Of a stretch of 48,052 nucleotides of DNA, positions 14,799 to 27,689 are shown piece after piece. The translations under genes were made by a program, and so were the position numbers. Origin of the DNA: Cercozoa sp. M6MM (Eukaryota > Protista > Endomyxa: Ascetosporea); NCBI GenBank assembly GCA_040357565.1, contig JBDODJ010000080.1. One strand, 5' to 3'. How positions within the stretch are numbered: the first letter of the stretch is position 1; every line of letters starts with the position of its first letter. A model generated the notes under the pieces. The model was not told the origin of the DNA. It worked only from the letters and a program-made list of their open reading frames with translations, and did not search any database.

Positions 14799-15312
14799 AA
14801 CCGGTGCACCCGACTCAGTATACCTTAGGTTGGTAAAAACGCACGATGCCGTCGCAGTTCGCAACCACTGAGAAATCCTACACAAAACCAAGAGGAAGGG
14901 ATAGGAGATTAAACACTTGCATCAGCGCAAGGTTACCCTCGCGAGGGTGGTGTTGAAGCCTGGGTGCCAGTGGGTACCTAATAAAACAGACATCGAGTTC
15001 CACCGCTTCGTCACTGTACACAGAGGTTTTTACCGGTTTGTCTGGCAATGATCTGATTCTTGCGCACAAGCTCACCACCGCGTTTCTGGAGCACAGTATT
15101 TTACAAGACAACACAATTCCGCTTGACCAATGGGAAAGCACCTTGACGCCACGGTGCTTGGGAATGCGCGAGCCGCCAGAGTTGTTGGCGCTACCGGCAG
15201 CTGCCTTGGAGGCCCAGCGGCACTCTGCGCACAACCCAGCTCATTAACATCGAGTCTAAGCATGCACACAAATATTACGCGTTCTGCCGAGTCGAGCAGC
15301 AACTCGCAGCAT
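14149..15312 (-). CDS. MRPL27: Mitochondrial ribosomal protein bL27m with C-terminal extension; multi-exon
   Basis: Presequence-like MLRVAARLGRTQCRW, then ASKAAAGSANNSGGSRIPKHRGVK|KRGGELVRKNQIIARQT|GTHWHPGFN|DFSVVANCDGIVRF...RKFIHVVP, the bL27 signature. Confidence 0.88.
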
Positions 15313-15698
15313 TTCTGCTTGAGATCTCTGAGTGCGCACGCTCCTGGAATACGTCTAGGCGTCTGTGTGCACTTTTAGTTTCCGCAACCTTAAAGATTAC
15401 TTGTATGTACAGTACTGTCCGACCAGTACCGCCCATGGGCTCGCGGCAGACAGTATCATCGGCTGGACGCTGTCAGCTGTGGAATCACGATTCTGAGTGA
15501 TGCTGAGACAGGCCGCCCAGGGTGTTTGCGCAGTTGACACCCATAGCTGCGCGCTCTCGCCAGGTGCCGGATAGGTAGCATTTGTGTCCTGTTGTCATGC
15601 GGAGTTTCTACATTTTGTTGCCTGTCGTCATGCAAATGACATTCCAAGTGTCAAATATGTCTGTTTTCGCAGGCTTGTTTGTGAATAAGCACGACAAA

Positions 15699-16315
15699 AT
15701 GGAACAAGAGCGGAGGCGACAACAACCACAACCGCTGATCATGGCCATGACTGCTGGTGCAGCCGCAGGTGTGTCTTCGCACGCGCTGAGGGCACATCCT
15801 CGGGTGGTGACTTATTCTTGCTCTGGGCAGGCATGACCGAGCACGCAGTGATGTTTCCGGTCGACACAATAAAGACACGACTGCAAGCCGTCGGAGTGGC
15901 CGACGTTCGGCGGCCAACGAGTGTCGTCCAGGTGACAACCCATGTCTATTTTGTGTTGGAATGTGTTATGTTATCTACTTGTACGTGCTCATACAGGCTC
16001 TGCAACAAGTTCGAGAAAACGGAGGACCTCGTCTGTTGTACGGCCAACCTTTGTTCCACGTGTTTTGACATAATCCATTACACACTTTTGCCGCAGGTAC
16101 CGGGGATTGTCAGCAGTTCTTTGCGCAGCGGTAAATTACTCTTGTGCTTACCCAATCCACTGAGCAAAGGTTGTGGATCTGCAGATTCCGTCCCACGCGG
16201 CGCACTTTGGCATGTACGAGTTCGCGAAGCGGCAGATCGGCGAAGACAGTCTCGAGGTACAGTACAACTCGCACGTGTGCCTAGTGTCTAGCAGCTTTAC
16301 TAATGCGGCGTGTGT

Positions 16316-16363
<48 letters not shown>

Positions 16364-16373
16364 NNNNNNNNNN

Positions 16374-16423
<50 letters not shown>

Positions 16424-17362
16424 CACCAGCCAGTGGCCACTGCGCTGTCAGGAATGTTGGCTACGATGGCGCATGACGCCGTTGCCACGCCACTCGATGT
16501 TGTCAAGCAGCGTATGCAGGTACTGTTTACTCTCCGCCTGTATGTGTCTGTCTCACTCTACCTCGCGTCTTGTAGTTGTTTGGTGGCAGTGCATGGAACA
16601 CTGCCGTCTCGTTGTACAGAAAGGAAGGCCTGAGTGTGTTTTTGAGGAGTTATCCCACAACAGTAAGTCCTGTGTTCTACTGTCCGAGCGTCTCCTCGTG
16701 AAATATGCCTCTTATTCTCTCTCAGGTCGCGGTAAACCTGCCATTTATGGCGGCGCAATTTGTCACCTACGAAAGCGTCAAGCTGTACGTTGTCCCTTTG
16801 ATGCGTCCTGCGTATGTTCCGCTCTGCAAGTGTTCCTGTCTCTGCACAGTCAACTGCTCCGCAGGCAGCACGATGCTGAGTGGAAAACCTGGCACACGGT
16901 ATGTCTTATTCTTCCCCGCACTTCCTTTACTCTCACTCGTCTTTCTCGTGCACAGGTGGTGGCCGGTGGTTTCGCTGGCGCCGTTGGCGGCCTCGCTTCA
17001 ACTCCGCTCGACTTCCTTAAGACACAGATTCAGCTGTCCCAGGTACGGGCGGCGAACCCGATTGACGCGTTCCTCACATGCGTACGGATGCACGGTATGT
17101 TTTGTCCTTTCAATCCTATCGTACGTACTCGTTGCCTTGCTTGCATGTGCGCGCATACACATGCAGGCACGCGCGCATTGTTCACGGGTGCCTCGGCGCG
17201 CATGCTGTACCATGCGCCATCCGCAGCACTCTGCTGGACGACTTATGAGACGTAGGTTTATCTGTATGCTTGATGTTGCTTCTTAACTACACTTGCTACA
17301 GGGTTAAGCGATTGCTCGGATGGGACATGCAAATCGACGAGGATGATCTGCTCGGGCACTAA
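15699..17362 (+). CDS. Mitochondrial carrier, mitoferrin (Mrs3/Mrs4, SLC25A37/28-like); multi-exon
   Basis: Three carrier motifs (PVDTIKTRLQ, PLDVVKQRMQ, PLDFLKTQIQ) plus mitoferrin-type residues: AGAAAGMTEHAVMFP, PSHAAHFGMYE, HDAVATP, RSYPTT..NLPF, APSAALCWTTYE. Confidence 0.92.
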
Positions 17363-17408
17363 ACGCTAACGTTCCTCCCGTCTGTATGTTTCCTTCAGGT
17401 GGCTTCTG

Positions 17409-17527
17409 TGACGTAAGTTACACCTTTTTGCCGCGTTCTAAGTCAGTGATACTGATGCGCAGAACACATAGTTTAGAGCTCAATCACGGAAATCTTAGAG
17501 CATTCTACTTGCGTCCAACAAGTATTT
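17409..17527. mobile_element. Partial copy (one arm) of the MITE at 27690-28629
   Basis: tgacgtaagttacacctttttgccgcgttctaag...gatgcgcagaacacatagtttagagc...cttagagc...gtccaaca matches the MITE arms. Confidence 0.75.
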
Positions 17528-17651
17528 TAAACTGAGCATTCCTGTCATTCTCGTCTTGTTAAGTGTCAACCTATCTTTTATTTTTTTCTGCTTGTCTGCG
17601 AGTTCGTTGAGTTGGATCATAGCTATTTCTTTCAACTATCGCATGCCGAAG

Positions 17652-17673
17652 CACCCTGGACTGGTGCAGGGGA
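17652..17673 (+). repeat. Fragment of the SINE-like family (copy C)
   Basis: caccctggactggtgcagggga resembles the core caccccaagactggtacagggga of copy B; only 22 nt. Confidence 0.45.
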
Positions 17674-17871
17674 CATAGGTGTTGCTTCCACACGATACAG
17701 ACTCAACGCCACCCAGGCTTATCAACCTCGAAGAAGATGTTCGGTTCTGGGGGACCGGGATCTCAAAAAGAAAGTTGGATTGCATCCGATTCTATCGTGT
17801 AAGCCTGAGCGACTCAGAAACGCAAAAAACAGAACATGCTGTCGGTGTCGCTACGCGATGCGCTTACTCGA

Positions 17872-18926
17872 CTAGATAGAATCTGCGTCCGAATTCGCGT
17901 CCGACTCGGAGTCGGAGTCAGCGGTGCGCAGATAACGCTTCAAGAGGTCAGCACGTCGCATCATTAGGCGCAGATCCGTGTCGCTGTCGTAGAACAGCAG
18001 CAGTTTCGCAAGCTCTGACACCGGCAACACCAGCGGGCGGCTTGCGCACTGGCAGGTGTCTGCATCTACACTAGCAGCGTTTCGCTTGACCCCTTATAGT
18101 CACACAGCTCAGACAAAACCTACCCAGACGAAGTGCACATTGCTCCAGGCAGGGTAGCGTTCGTTTCTCCCAGCGCGCCGTGTACTGCGGCAGCACATCT
18201 TGAACTTCGGCCCACTCGATCGTGCTCTGCCGCTCGACATTGGCCGGCACCAGGAACACTGCTTGGCGCGAAGCTGTGCACACAGCAACGTCACAGAGGT
18301 TAGAAAGATTAGGCAGGGTAAGACGGACGGTAGCACACCATCTTGCGAGCGGCAAACATCGGCGATGTCGCCAACGACGGCACCTGCGAGCGAGAGCACC
18401 GCCGCAAAGTGCTGCAAGGTTTCGCCGAGTGCAGCGGCCTTGTTCGACACGGCGCAGACCGAAACATGCCACCCGTGCAGCAGACGCTTGTGTCGCGGCA
18501 GCGGTCGCAGCCGACTCAGAACGAATTCTGCCACTTCGTTACACCGCCCGGGCTCACCTTTGAACGGACCACCGCGGAAGCGATTCACGGCAGCACATGT
18601 CCACTCGTCCGTTTGGGGTAGTAGCCACCTACCCCCGCCAGTCACATACATGTGCACACAGACAGTCACAGTATCAAGTTCACAACGTACCTCTGCGACT
18701 GTAGACAGCGGTGCAGCCAGGCAGCAGTGACAGGTGTGACACCGAGGGCAGCCACAGCCATGTACTTGAGAGTGCGGCAGGGTGCATCGGTGAGCATGAG
18801 CAGCACTGGCACACTCGTGTCGGTGCTGTTCTCTGTTATGCTCATGCTGCCGTCTTTCTTAGCATCCTCAAGTGCAGTGTCGACTGCAACCGACGCTGCC
18901 TCTAGCGCGACAAGCACCTAATCAGC

Positions 18927-18974
<48 letters not shown>

Positions 18975-18984
18975 NNNNNNNNNN

Positions 18985-19057
<73 letters not shown>

Positions 19058-20575
19058 ATGAAACATGCATAGACCATGTTGTGGGGCATTACCTGAGACA
19101 AGGCCTTAGTAGGATTCCAGCCGAGTTGTTGCATAGTGCGTCGCACTTGTCGCAACTCACCTTGCCACCGCAGGAGTGTCGTACTGCACACTGACTGCGC
19201 ACCTCCCTGACCACACAACAAGTGGTAGTTGCCACACACAAACAAAGAGAGAAACAAAAACCGTTCGCGAAACGCACTGCAGTGGCGTCCAAAGTCCTTG
19301 CGCGCGGCGCACTTGCATCCGGCGCGACCGACGAGGAGCACTAGTACACAAGGGCAAGGTTGGGTGCGTCTTGTATTATACCTGACAGACAGATGATGAT
19401 ACCTCGTCTCTGACGGGACAGCTGAAGGCATCGAAACACGACGTCGCTTTGGCGTCGGTTCTGCACAGACGCACCAGCATGATGTTACCAGGTAGGGTAC
19501 CTAACCTGGAAAGTTGAACAAAGTACCTCCGAAAACAATCTGTGCGGATTGACGTCGCGTGCGAAAAGAGGTTGGTTTCTCGGGCGTCAGTTCCTCCAAA
19601 CTCTGCTCGTCGAACCCTGCATCGTATCACATACATGATATAGGTGTATACTCATGGATATACATTGAAACAAAGAAGAACGCACGTGACCTACCAACTT
19701 GCACACTTGGCTGCAGCTTCTGTGGTGCGTGGTTCCTGTGCGCAAAGTTGCGATGCGAGGCGGCTTGTTCGAAGCCTTCCTCCTGCGAAATTTGCGTCAC
19801 AAAGTTCGCCAAGCTGTCTCGCTGGCACTGACGGGGTTTCTCGAAGTTGCACGTGCTGTCACTCGCCGAAGCAGAAGGCAGAGAGGCACCGGCACTCTCT
19901 TCCTTGTCGGTGTCACTGTCGCTCTCTCTGGCGTCACTATTGTCGTTGGTGTTGTTGTTAACACTGTTAATAGTATCATTGTCGTTGTCGTTGCCTGTGG
20001 AGGGAGAAGTATGACGCTTCTTCTCGAGCAACTGACGGTACTGCTGCAATCGCTGTTGCTGCACGTGTACCGGCAGCATCAGTGCGCCTTCCAGATCCAG
20101 CGATGCAGTGAAGGACGGTTTTTTCTGCTCCGGGGGTGAGGGTGAGGATGTAACATCAGTGTGAACATGTGTATGGGCAGGAAGACACCCTCACAGGCGG
20201 CACAAACGCCAGCGGTGCCTTCACTGACTTGGTGACATTCGATACACGTCGCGACATGGCGTCCTGCTCGGCTTCGACCTGGGATAGTCAGTGAATTGGG
20301 TCAGTGCATCGGTTGGTATACGTGTCACACATGAGGTGATACCAGACTGTCGACTTCAAACATGTCAGCGCCGTCGTTCACGTAGGTGTCGGTGCAGGCG
20401 TCAAGCGAGACAACTGGCCGCGAGTCCGTCATCTCGGCGCAGTGCCGAAGATCGACAGCGCCCGCGCGGATGTGGCTGCCGTCGTCATCCGAGTCGGCGC
20501 CCATGCGTCGCTCGCGGCGCTTCCTCTCGGCCTCTTGTCGTGCTCGTCGTCGGGATCTGCAGTTGTATCCCTCCC

Positions 20576-20623
<48 letters not shown>

Positions 20624-20633
20624 NNNNNNNNNN

Positions 20634-20684
<51 letters not shown>

Positions 20685-21492
20685 TGGTTACCGCAGGGTC
20701 TGTCGCTCATGTCGCTGTCGTTCCTTGGCCAATTGTGTGCGTTGTCTCTGCATACACACACTCACTCACTCACAAGACACACACACACACAGATACACAG
20801 ACACACAGACACACAGACACAGACGCACAGACACAGACACACAGACACACAGACACACAGACACACAGACACACAGACACAGACGCACAGACACACAGAC
20901 ACACAGACACACAGACACACAGACACACACAGAAGACATGTGTTATGATTCAGCATGTGCCAAAGGACCATACCAGTCGCTCGGCCTCCTGCTCGAACAT
21001 GCGCTGACGGCGCCGCTCTTTCCGCCGTCGCGCAAACTCCGCCGCCTCATGTGCCGCCTCTGCCGTCCGCGCGGACGCCGTGTCATCATCCTCGCTGCCG
21101 TCTTCGGCCACCTTGCGCGGCCTGCGCACCGACCGCGGCTTCCGTGCAGACAACTTGCCCTTCCGCGCGGACGCAGGCCGGCGTTTCCGCGCGGATATCG
21201 GAGCAGCAAAACGCGTTTCGGCAAAGCTGTCTTCCCGAGGGAGCTCGTCGAGTGTGCCAAAGAGCTGCGCGACCTGCGCGTTTGTCTCCGCGCGGAAGCT
21301 GCCGCCAGTCTTGTCCGACGATGAAAGCGACGTTGACTCGGTCTGCACAGCATCCCGGGTGAGAAACACGCTCCTCAACACAGAGGGCGTGACAGGACGC
21401 TCGTCGCCCGTGCGCACACCAGCGCGGACATGGCCAAGCTGGTTCTCGGCCTCGTCCGTTTTGAAGTCACCAAGATCGGTGAGCGACATCAT
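17872..21492 (-). CDS. Tandem-BRCT DNA-damage mediator-like protein (53BP1/Rad9/Crb2/MDC1 type); multi-exon
   Basis: Long low-complexity charged N-terminus; LLMLTDAPCRTLKYMAVAALGVTPVTAAWLHRC matches the RTxKY..A.A.G.P.V...W BRCT motif; LLHGWHVSV...AAVLSLAGAVV begins a second BRCT. Confidence 0.75.
20776..20931. repeat. Intronic (ACACAG)n-like hexamer array
   Basis: Repeated acacag/acagac units within a BRCT-gene intron. Confidence 0.9.
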
Positions 21493-21792
21493 GGCGCCAA
21501 CCAAAAGTGAAGTGAAACCGCACCAAGGTAGGTTACACACGATTCTGCACGCCAAGCACACGGTCGTACAGAACTTGACCCGGGAACTCTCATGTTCTTT
21601 AAGGAAGCGGGCCGAAAAAGAGTTGGCTTTGCGCGCGCCCAACAACGACCCTAGCACGTGCACTCGGTGTCCTGTGTTTGAAGAGGTGTGTGGGGGATAT
21701 CAAAAGCAAAAAGGGAGCAATCAGGCGACCAATAAAAGGTCATCAGCATCCAGATCGCTCATTGCCTTCTGCGATCTGTTGTGCTTTCGCAG

Positions 21793-22398
21793 TGCCAAGA
21801 GGTTCAGTACGGCGGATTCCTGCAGTACGTGCAAGGCATGTTTCGCCTGAGTCCCGAAATTGTACGGCTTAGCGAGCAATGGGCGTTTGGCGGTATCATC
21901 GTCGGTTTCCTCGTTGTTCATCGGATGTCACACATCCTTTAGGTGAGCTGCTGTTCTGCGAGAGTCACGAATCCAATTGGCGACACGCGCACGTTGCACT
22001 CAACGGCGACACGGTATCCTCTGCGTGTATTCGTCGTGTCTCTCGTGCATGCGAATTGTATCTACAGCTCACGGTGCGAGTCGAAGATGAACCTCTCCGA
22101 GAGCGATGTGTCCGCTTTTGCCTCGGTGCATCTGCTGTGTTTGATTTCAAAACGAGTTTGCAAGTGTTTTTGTGTCTGTGCAGTGAGCGACCAGTCGTTT
22201 GACAATTCGGAGAATCGTTTTGGATTGACTCTGAAGCTTGAGCACAGCAAAGGTACATCACTAGTACGTCAACAGACACGAATGCCTCCTTTCTACCTTG
22301 AGTTTCGTCGAGAGTGTAGGCCCAAGCGACCGCATGCACTTCTTGTGTCAGTCGCAGCTGGAACGACGCGCGTGTAACCTCATATGTTCGGTGTGATG

Positions 22399-22479
<81 letters not shown>

Positions 22480-22489
22480 NNNNNNNNNN

Positions 22490-22537
<48 letters not shown>

Positions 22538-24763
22538 CTCGATGAAGTGGTGTGTGTGTGACTCGATGAAGTGGTGTGTGTGTGACTCGATGAAGTGGTG
22601 TGTGTGTGTGACTCGATGAAGTGGTGTGTGCAGGGAAGCATGCGCTAAAGACGGCATCGCTGCTGCACTCGCGCCTGGACCTGGCATCAAAGGACACGCA
22701 GTATGTTGCCTCTGTTTTTATGTGACTGCTGTTATTGACTATTATTGCCTCCTGACATCTGATACTTCTACAGAGCAAGCGCACTGGCACGGCACGAGTT
22801 CATCGAGTTTTTGCAGCTGCCGCTGGCCACTCCACCTGCGCGACTGTGCCTTCTCTGCATTTTTTCCTTGCATTTGTCCTATTGTACCGGCGTGCGCAGT
22901 GCGCACAGAGTGGCCGCGTGGGACAAGGAAACCATGCGCATTGGCATCCCCGCGCTGTAGCCTGTCCGCCAATCCCTCCCTCCCTCCCTCCCTCCCTCTC
23001 TCTCCCTCCCTCCCTCTCTCTCCCTCCCTCCCTCTCTCTCCCTCCCTCCCTCTCTCTCTCTCTCTCTCCATACAGACAGACAACAGTACTATGACATGTG
23101 TGTGTCACAGACCAAGCAGTAACGTGAGTAACTGCGCGCAGAACAATGTGTGCGACACGGTGCGCGGCAGCACGCAACTTGGTGACTTTGTCCTCGTGTC
23201 CGACGGTCTGCAGGATCTCGTTGGTGCGGCCTGCCCCTCCTCCAGCTGTCTATCTTTGCACTGCATGACCTGACCTTGTTCGCAGAAGACACGGAAGAAC
23301 ATGTGCGCATGCGTGTGCGTATCCTGGTTTTGTCCTGGAACATGGCGGCCAAGGTAGGCACCATGTAGCCTGTGTGTGTGTGTGTGTGTGTATATTATTT
23401 TTGTATGTGCGACTGTACCAGGACATGTTCGGAAACGAAGCCTATGCCTCGCGAAAGAAACTCAGAAACAAGCGTCGTCAGCGCCGGCAGCGCGTGCTTT
23501 CCAACGGTGAGCTTTGCTTTCATGCTACTGACTTGGTGCCTCTGTCTGTGTTTGTCACCCTTACTCCTTTCTCTCAGAGGAAGGAACCGAGATGCTGCAT
23601 CGAGTGTATCTTTCCTAACCCTTGACTTTCTTACCCATATCCCTTGACTTGACCCTTGACCCCCCAGACTGTCACCGCCGCCAAGCGGGAGTGCCATGCC
23701 GCTGCAACAGCTGCCGCCGCACGCACCTGCTGCGTGAGTCATCTGCTTCCCCTTGCAACACAGTAGGTTTATCTAGAGACGCGTTTTCCTGCAGAGAGAG
23801 CACACGGCAGCGCAGTCTCACTGTCGACAGCGCGGACAGCTGGGACCATGCGCTGTGTCAACCTGGGGGTACCAGACAAACACGTCTGCCCGACCGATTG
23901 GCGACCCTCCTGCCGCAGCTCTCTTTGCTGGTACTCCCTGCTTCTGGTCTATCTATCTGTTTAAATGTGTGTGCATGTGTGTGTGTGTGTGTGTGTGACC
24001 CCGCAGGAGGAGAGTGTACCGGGCGACTATGACATCTACACCTTCGGAGTGCAGGAGTGCGTCTCCGACAGCACCTTTGACTTGTTCGAGCTGCGTCTGC
24101 GGGTTCTTGCTGGGTACACTTGCTTTATATAGACAGGGGTGTGTGAAGCTGTCCGCACTTGCGCTTGGTAGTGATGTCGACATGCAAGGCAACGTGCTGT
24201 GGGAGGGCGACATCTACGACCAAGCCGGCGAGGAGATCGAATGGGTACCCACTCGACCTATTTATTAGCGCCTCTAACTGGGATGTATGCGTAGGGTACG
24301 GTGAAACGACTCGACGCAGGCGATGCCAAAGTGGTAGACCAAATCTTTGCCCCCACTCTGTATAATTCTGTTTTGTTTCGTCTCAGTTTGGACGCGGCGA
24401 TGGCAGTTTCATCTCGCCAAAGTTCACGGGCGTCGCCGTCTTTGCCGTCGGCAGGTGCGCTCTCTTTTTCGTGTCTTCCTGTATGTATGACAGATGCGCA
24501 GCAACGCCTGCAAGAACACGCGCTGTATCGGCTCGTGTGCTGTCTCGGCTGGCATGATGGTACTCTGCCTTGTGGAAGGGTTAGGGATGCGTGGTGCTAT
24601 TGCAGTCGGTCTGCTCAATAAACACAGGAAGGCAGCAAGGGAGGTGCGTGTGTCGCTATTCGCACCTACGGCACCACCTTGGTACCTCTCTCTCACACAC
24701 TCACACACACTATCTGTCTCTCTCCCCCCTCTCTCTCACACACACCCTATCTCTCTCCCTCTC

Positions 24764-24795
<32 letters not shown>

Positions 24796-27194
24796 CCTCC
24801 CGCTGACCACCTTGTCACATGGGTGTACAGGCCTTCATGAGTACGCACCTGTCGAGCAACGCCATGCTTGATCGGCGACAGCACTATGCTGTTGTAACTG
24901 AGAGGTACTCTCTACACACGCACGTCAATTGTTATACATGTACCCGACATGACGTAGAGCCGGTCGGCACCTCGGTCTGGACGCACACACGCGTTTCGAC
25001 CTGCCTGATCTCGTGGTACTGTGTGTGTGCTTATCTCCGTGTGCCTGTCTGTGTTATCCGTCTGTCTGTGTGTGTATGTCTGTGTGTCTGTCTGTCTGTG
25101 TGTCTGTCTGTCTGTCTGCTGTGTGTCGGTGTGATGTGTCGGTGTATGCAGGACCACGTGATCTGGTGTGGCGACGTAAACTATCGCATTCGCAGCGACC
25201 TGGGCGCCGACCGCGCACTCGACATGATTGCGCACAACAAAGTATGTACCCCCCTCCCCCGTTTCGTTCCTCTCTTTCTATCCTGCTTTTGTTCGTACAG
25301 TTGGAAGAGTTGAGGAACGAAGGCGATGAACTTACCGTAGGGTCTTTCATATTTTTCATTCATATATATATATATATATATAATTATGCAGATATGTATG
25401 TGTGTATTTATGTATGTGTATGTATGTATGCATGTATGTATGTATGTGTGTGTATGTATGTATGTGTATGTATGTACGTTTATTATGTACGTGTATGTAT
25501 GTACGTGTATGTATGTACGTGTATGTATGTATGTGTATGTATGCATGTATGTATGTGTATGTACGTGTATGTATGTATGTGTATGTATGTATGTATGTGT
25601 ATGTATGTACGTGTATGTATGTATGTATGTGTATGTACGTGTATGTATGTATGTATGTGTATGTATGTATGTGTATATGTATGTATGTGAACAGGCCGAA
25701 TTGCAGACACTCGGTGGCGCTTTCCACAACTATTGGTACATCACATCTGTGCCAGGTCCTACCTGTTACCCCCCCCCCCAGGGAGCCGAAGCGTCGTCCA
25801 CACTTTTTCCCGACATACAAGAAACGCGAGGACCGCGGAGCACGTGAGCCGGAGGACTATTTATCGCACAAGTGGGTCGATCAGGTATTCCGTAGTCCCT
25901 GATCATAACTAAATTATCCCCCCGTCTAGGTATACCGAACGCGGTATAAGGAGCCGTGGTACAAGAGCGGAGGACAAGTGCGTCTGCGTATGCCTTCCTT
26001 CACCGACCGCGTGCTTGTACACTCACGACCGACGGTTTCCTCCATTGATCTCGACGAGGTAATACACATAAACGCCGTTGGCTCCCTCCTCCTTTTAATC
26101 ATCTTCCCTTTCGGTATGTACAGTCGCACGGTTACTGCGCGCTGAACGACGTGCTGCTCGGCAGCGATCACACGGCGGTGCGCGCCGCTCTGTCGCTGAG
26201 TGCCGAGCCGGCATGGCCGCTGCCGCCGCAACTCATGTCTTTCATACATACACATACACACACACACACGCACACACATGCACACAGTGTTTGTATATCT
26301 CGGGTGATGTACAGGGATAGCGTGCTGAGAGTACAACTGTTAGAGATGAAATTTGTTCGACTTGCCGACGATAGGTACCCTCTCGTACGTCGCTCATAGT
26401 TCAGCCATTTTCTCTCGATTGATAAGGGCTCGGCGAAAACGAGTACTGGCGACAGCGCCGGTGAAGAAGGTGCGCGTGGTGTTTCCTGCACCGTACCAGG
26501 ACTGCGACATCGATGACGGCGAGAGCACTTCTGTGGCTCACCTGTGGAGTGCTTCACAGGTGCTTGGCCACATACAAGTCATGTTGCGTGATGCATATCT
26601 GTATCGGAAGTGCTCTTGTTGTGCAGTTGGAAGATGTGTCCCAGCGTTTGGTCGTGTCAGCGCGGGCATCGGAAAAACGACGTACCCACACCCCTCTCCC
26701 GAAGTTAGCTACTCATCGGTTTTCTTGTATATCTTCTGTCACTTTGCAGGGGTGCTGCACTTGCTCTTGCGAGCCTCTGCCACCGCCAATGCTACTGTCG
26801 ATGGGTATCATTTTTAAGAGTGCTCAAGTGCGTGCGCCTGTGCGTGGCCATCACTAGGTGTCGTTCAGGAACGACGGCCTGGTGGGGGAGCAGCCGAAAG
26901 GTCAGTGTGCTGTCGCTCTCCCGATGAACTGCTTCCGCACTGCGGCTGTTCTGCACCGGTGACCTCTCTCTCTCTCTCCTCTCCCCTGGTGTGTGTCGAA
27001 AATGTTACCTCCTCAACATAGGTGCATCCCGCTTACGCACCGGGGTCTGCTGCTGCACCAGGATGGCGCCACTTGGCACGTATGTTGTCTCTGTTGGCTA
27101 TCTTTTACCGTACGATCACGGACATGGTACCTATGTCTTGTCGCAGTTGCAAGTGCGTCTTAAGGTTTGGACTTTGGAGCATGAAACGCGCTAA
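21793..27194 (+). CDS. Inositol polyphosphate 5-phosphatase with probable N-terminal PH-like and C-terminal C2-like regions; multi-exon, true start probably slightly upstream
   Basis: ILVLSWNMA; YDIYTFGVQEC; AFMSTHL; DHVIWCGDVNYRI; FFPTYKK; RMPSFTDRVL; GSDHTAV: the 5-phosphatase motifs in order. Stop TAA at 27194. Confidence 0.92.
22530..22630. repeat. Intronic minisatellite, 4 copies of (GT)n-GACTCGATGAAGTG
   Basis: gactcgatgaagtg occurs four times, separated by short GT runs. Confidence 0.9.
25395..25688. repeat. Intronic (GTAT)n/(GTAC)-type microsatellite
   Basis: About 290 nt of gtat/gtac/gt units within a 5-phosphatase intron. Confidence 0.9.
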
Positions 27195-27689
27195 GTTTTT
27201 GCTGCGTGAGCGGTGAATGAACAGCGTGCCTACGGTACAGCGCATACCCGTCGCGTGACCTCCCGTCCGTACGCTCCCGTACATGTACATGTCGTAAACG
27301 AGAGTGCCCGCTGACGTCGCACGCGGTTCCGTTCGTGCTACAGGGTTTAGTTAGTTAGTTCTAAGAACGTTGAAGCTCGGCGACACGAAGCCGTCAAACG
27401 TGCGTCATTGGGATATGAGGTCGTCAACGTTCGCCCTGCAGCAGTCTCGTCTCAGTCCTGGTTGACGTCCAGCGACCCTCCGCGTCAAAGTCTCGGGCGT
27501 CACAGTGGCGGACTGACGTCGACAGCGACGATCGTTACGTCATGGTTGCGACAGGATCGCAGAGACGACGACGACGGCACACGGCACGACATCGTCTGGG
27601 AGTCGGCGTCCAGCTCGTTTTCCACCGCAGCAGCACGCAACCCAAGGGTAGGGTAGGGGTAGGGGTAGAGTAGGGGTAAAGGGGGTTCA

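Noticed and set aside
15661-15701. Spliced-leader trans-splicing suggested by acceptor-like YAG just upstream of several ATGs
   Set aside because: YAG within 30 nt is expected by chance or from 5'-UTR introns; no leader RNA gene was seen. 5' transcript ends would be needed.
22530-22630. CRISPR-like repeat-spacer array
   Set aside because: The spacers are just GT runs, the context is a eukaryotic intron, and no cas genes are present.
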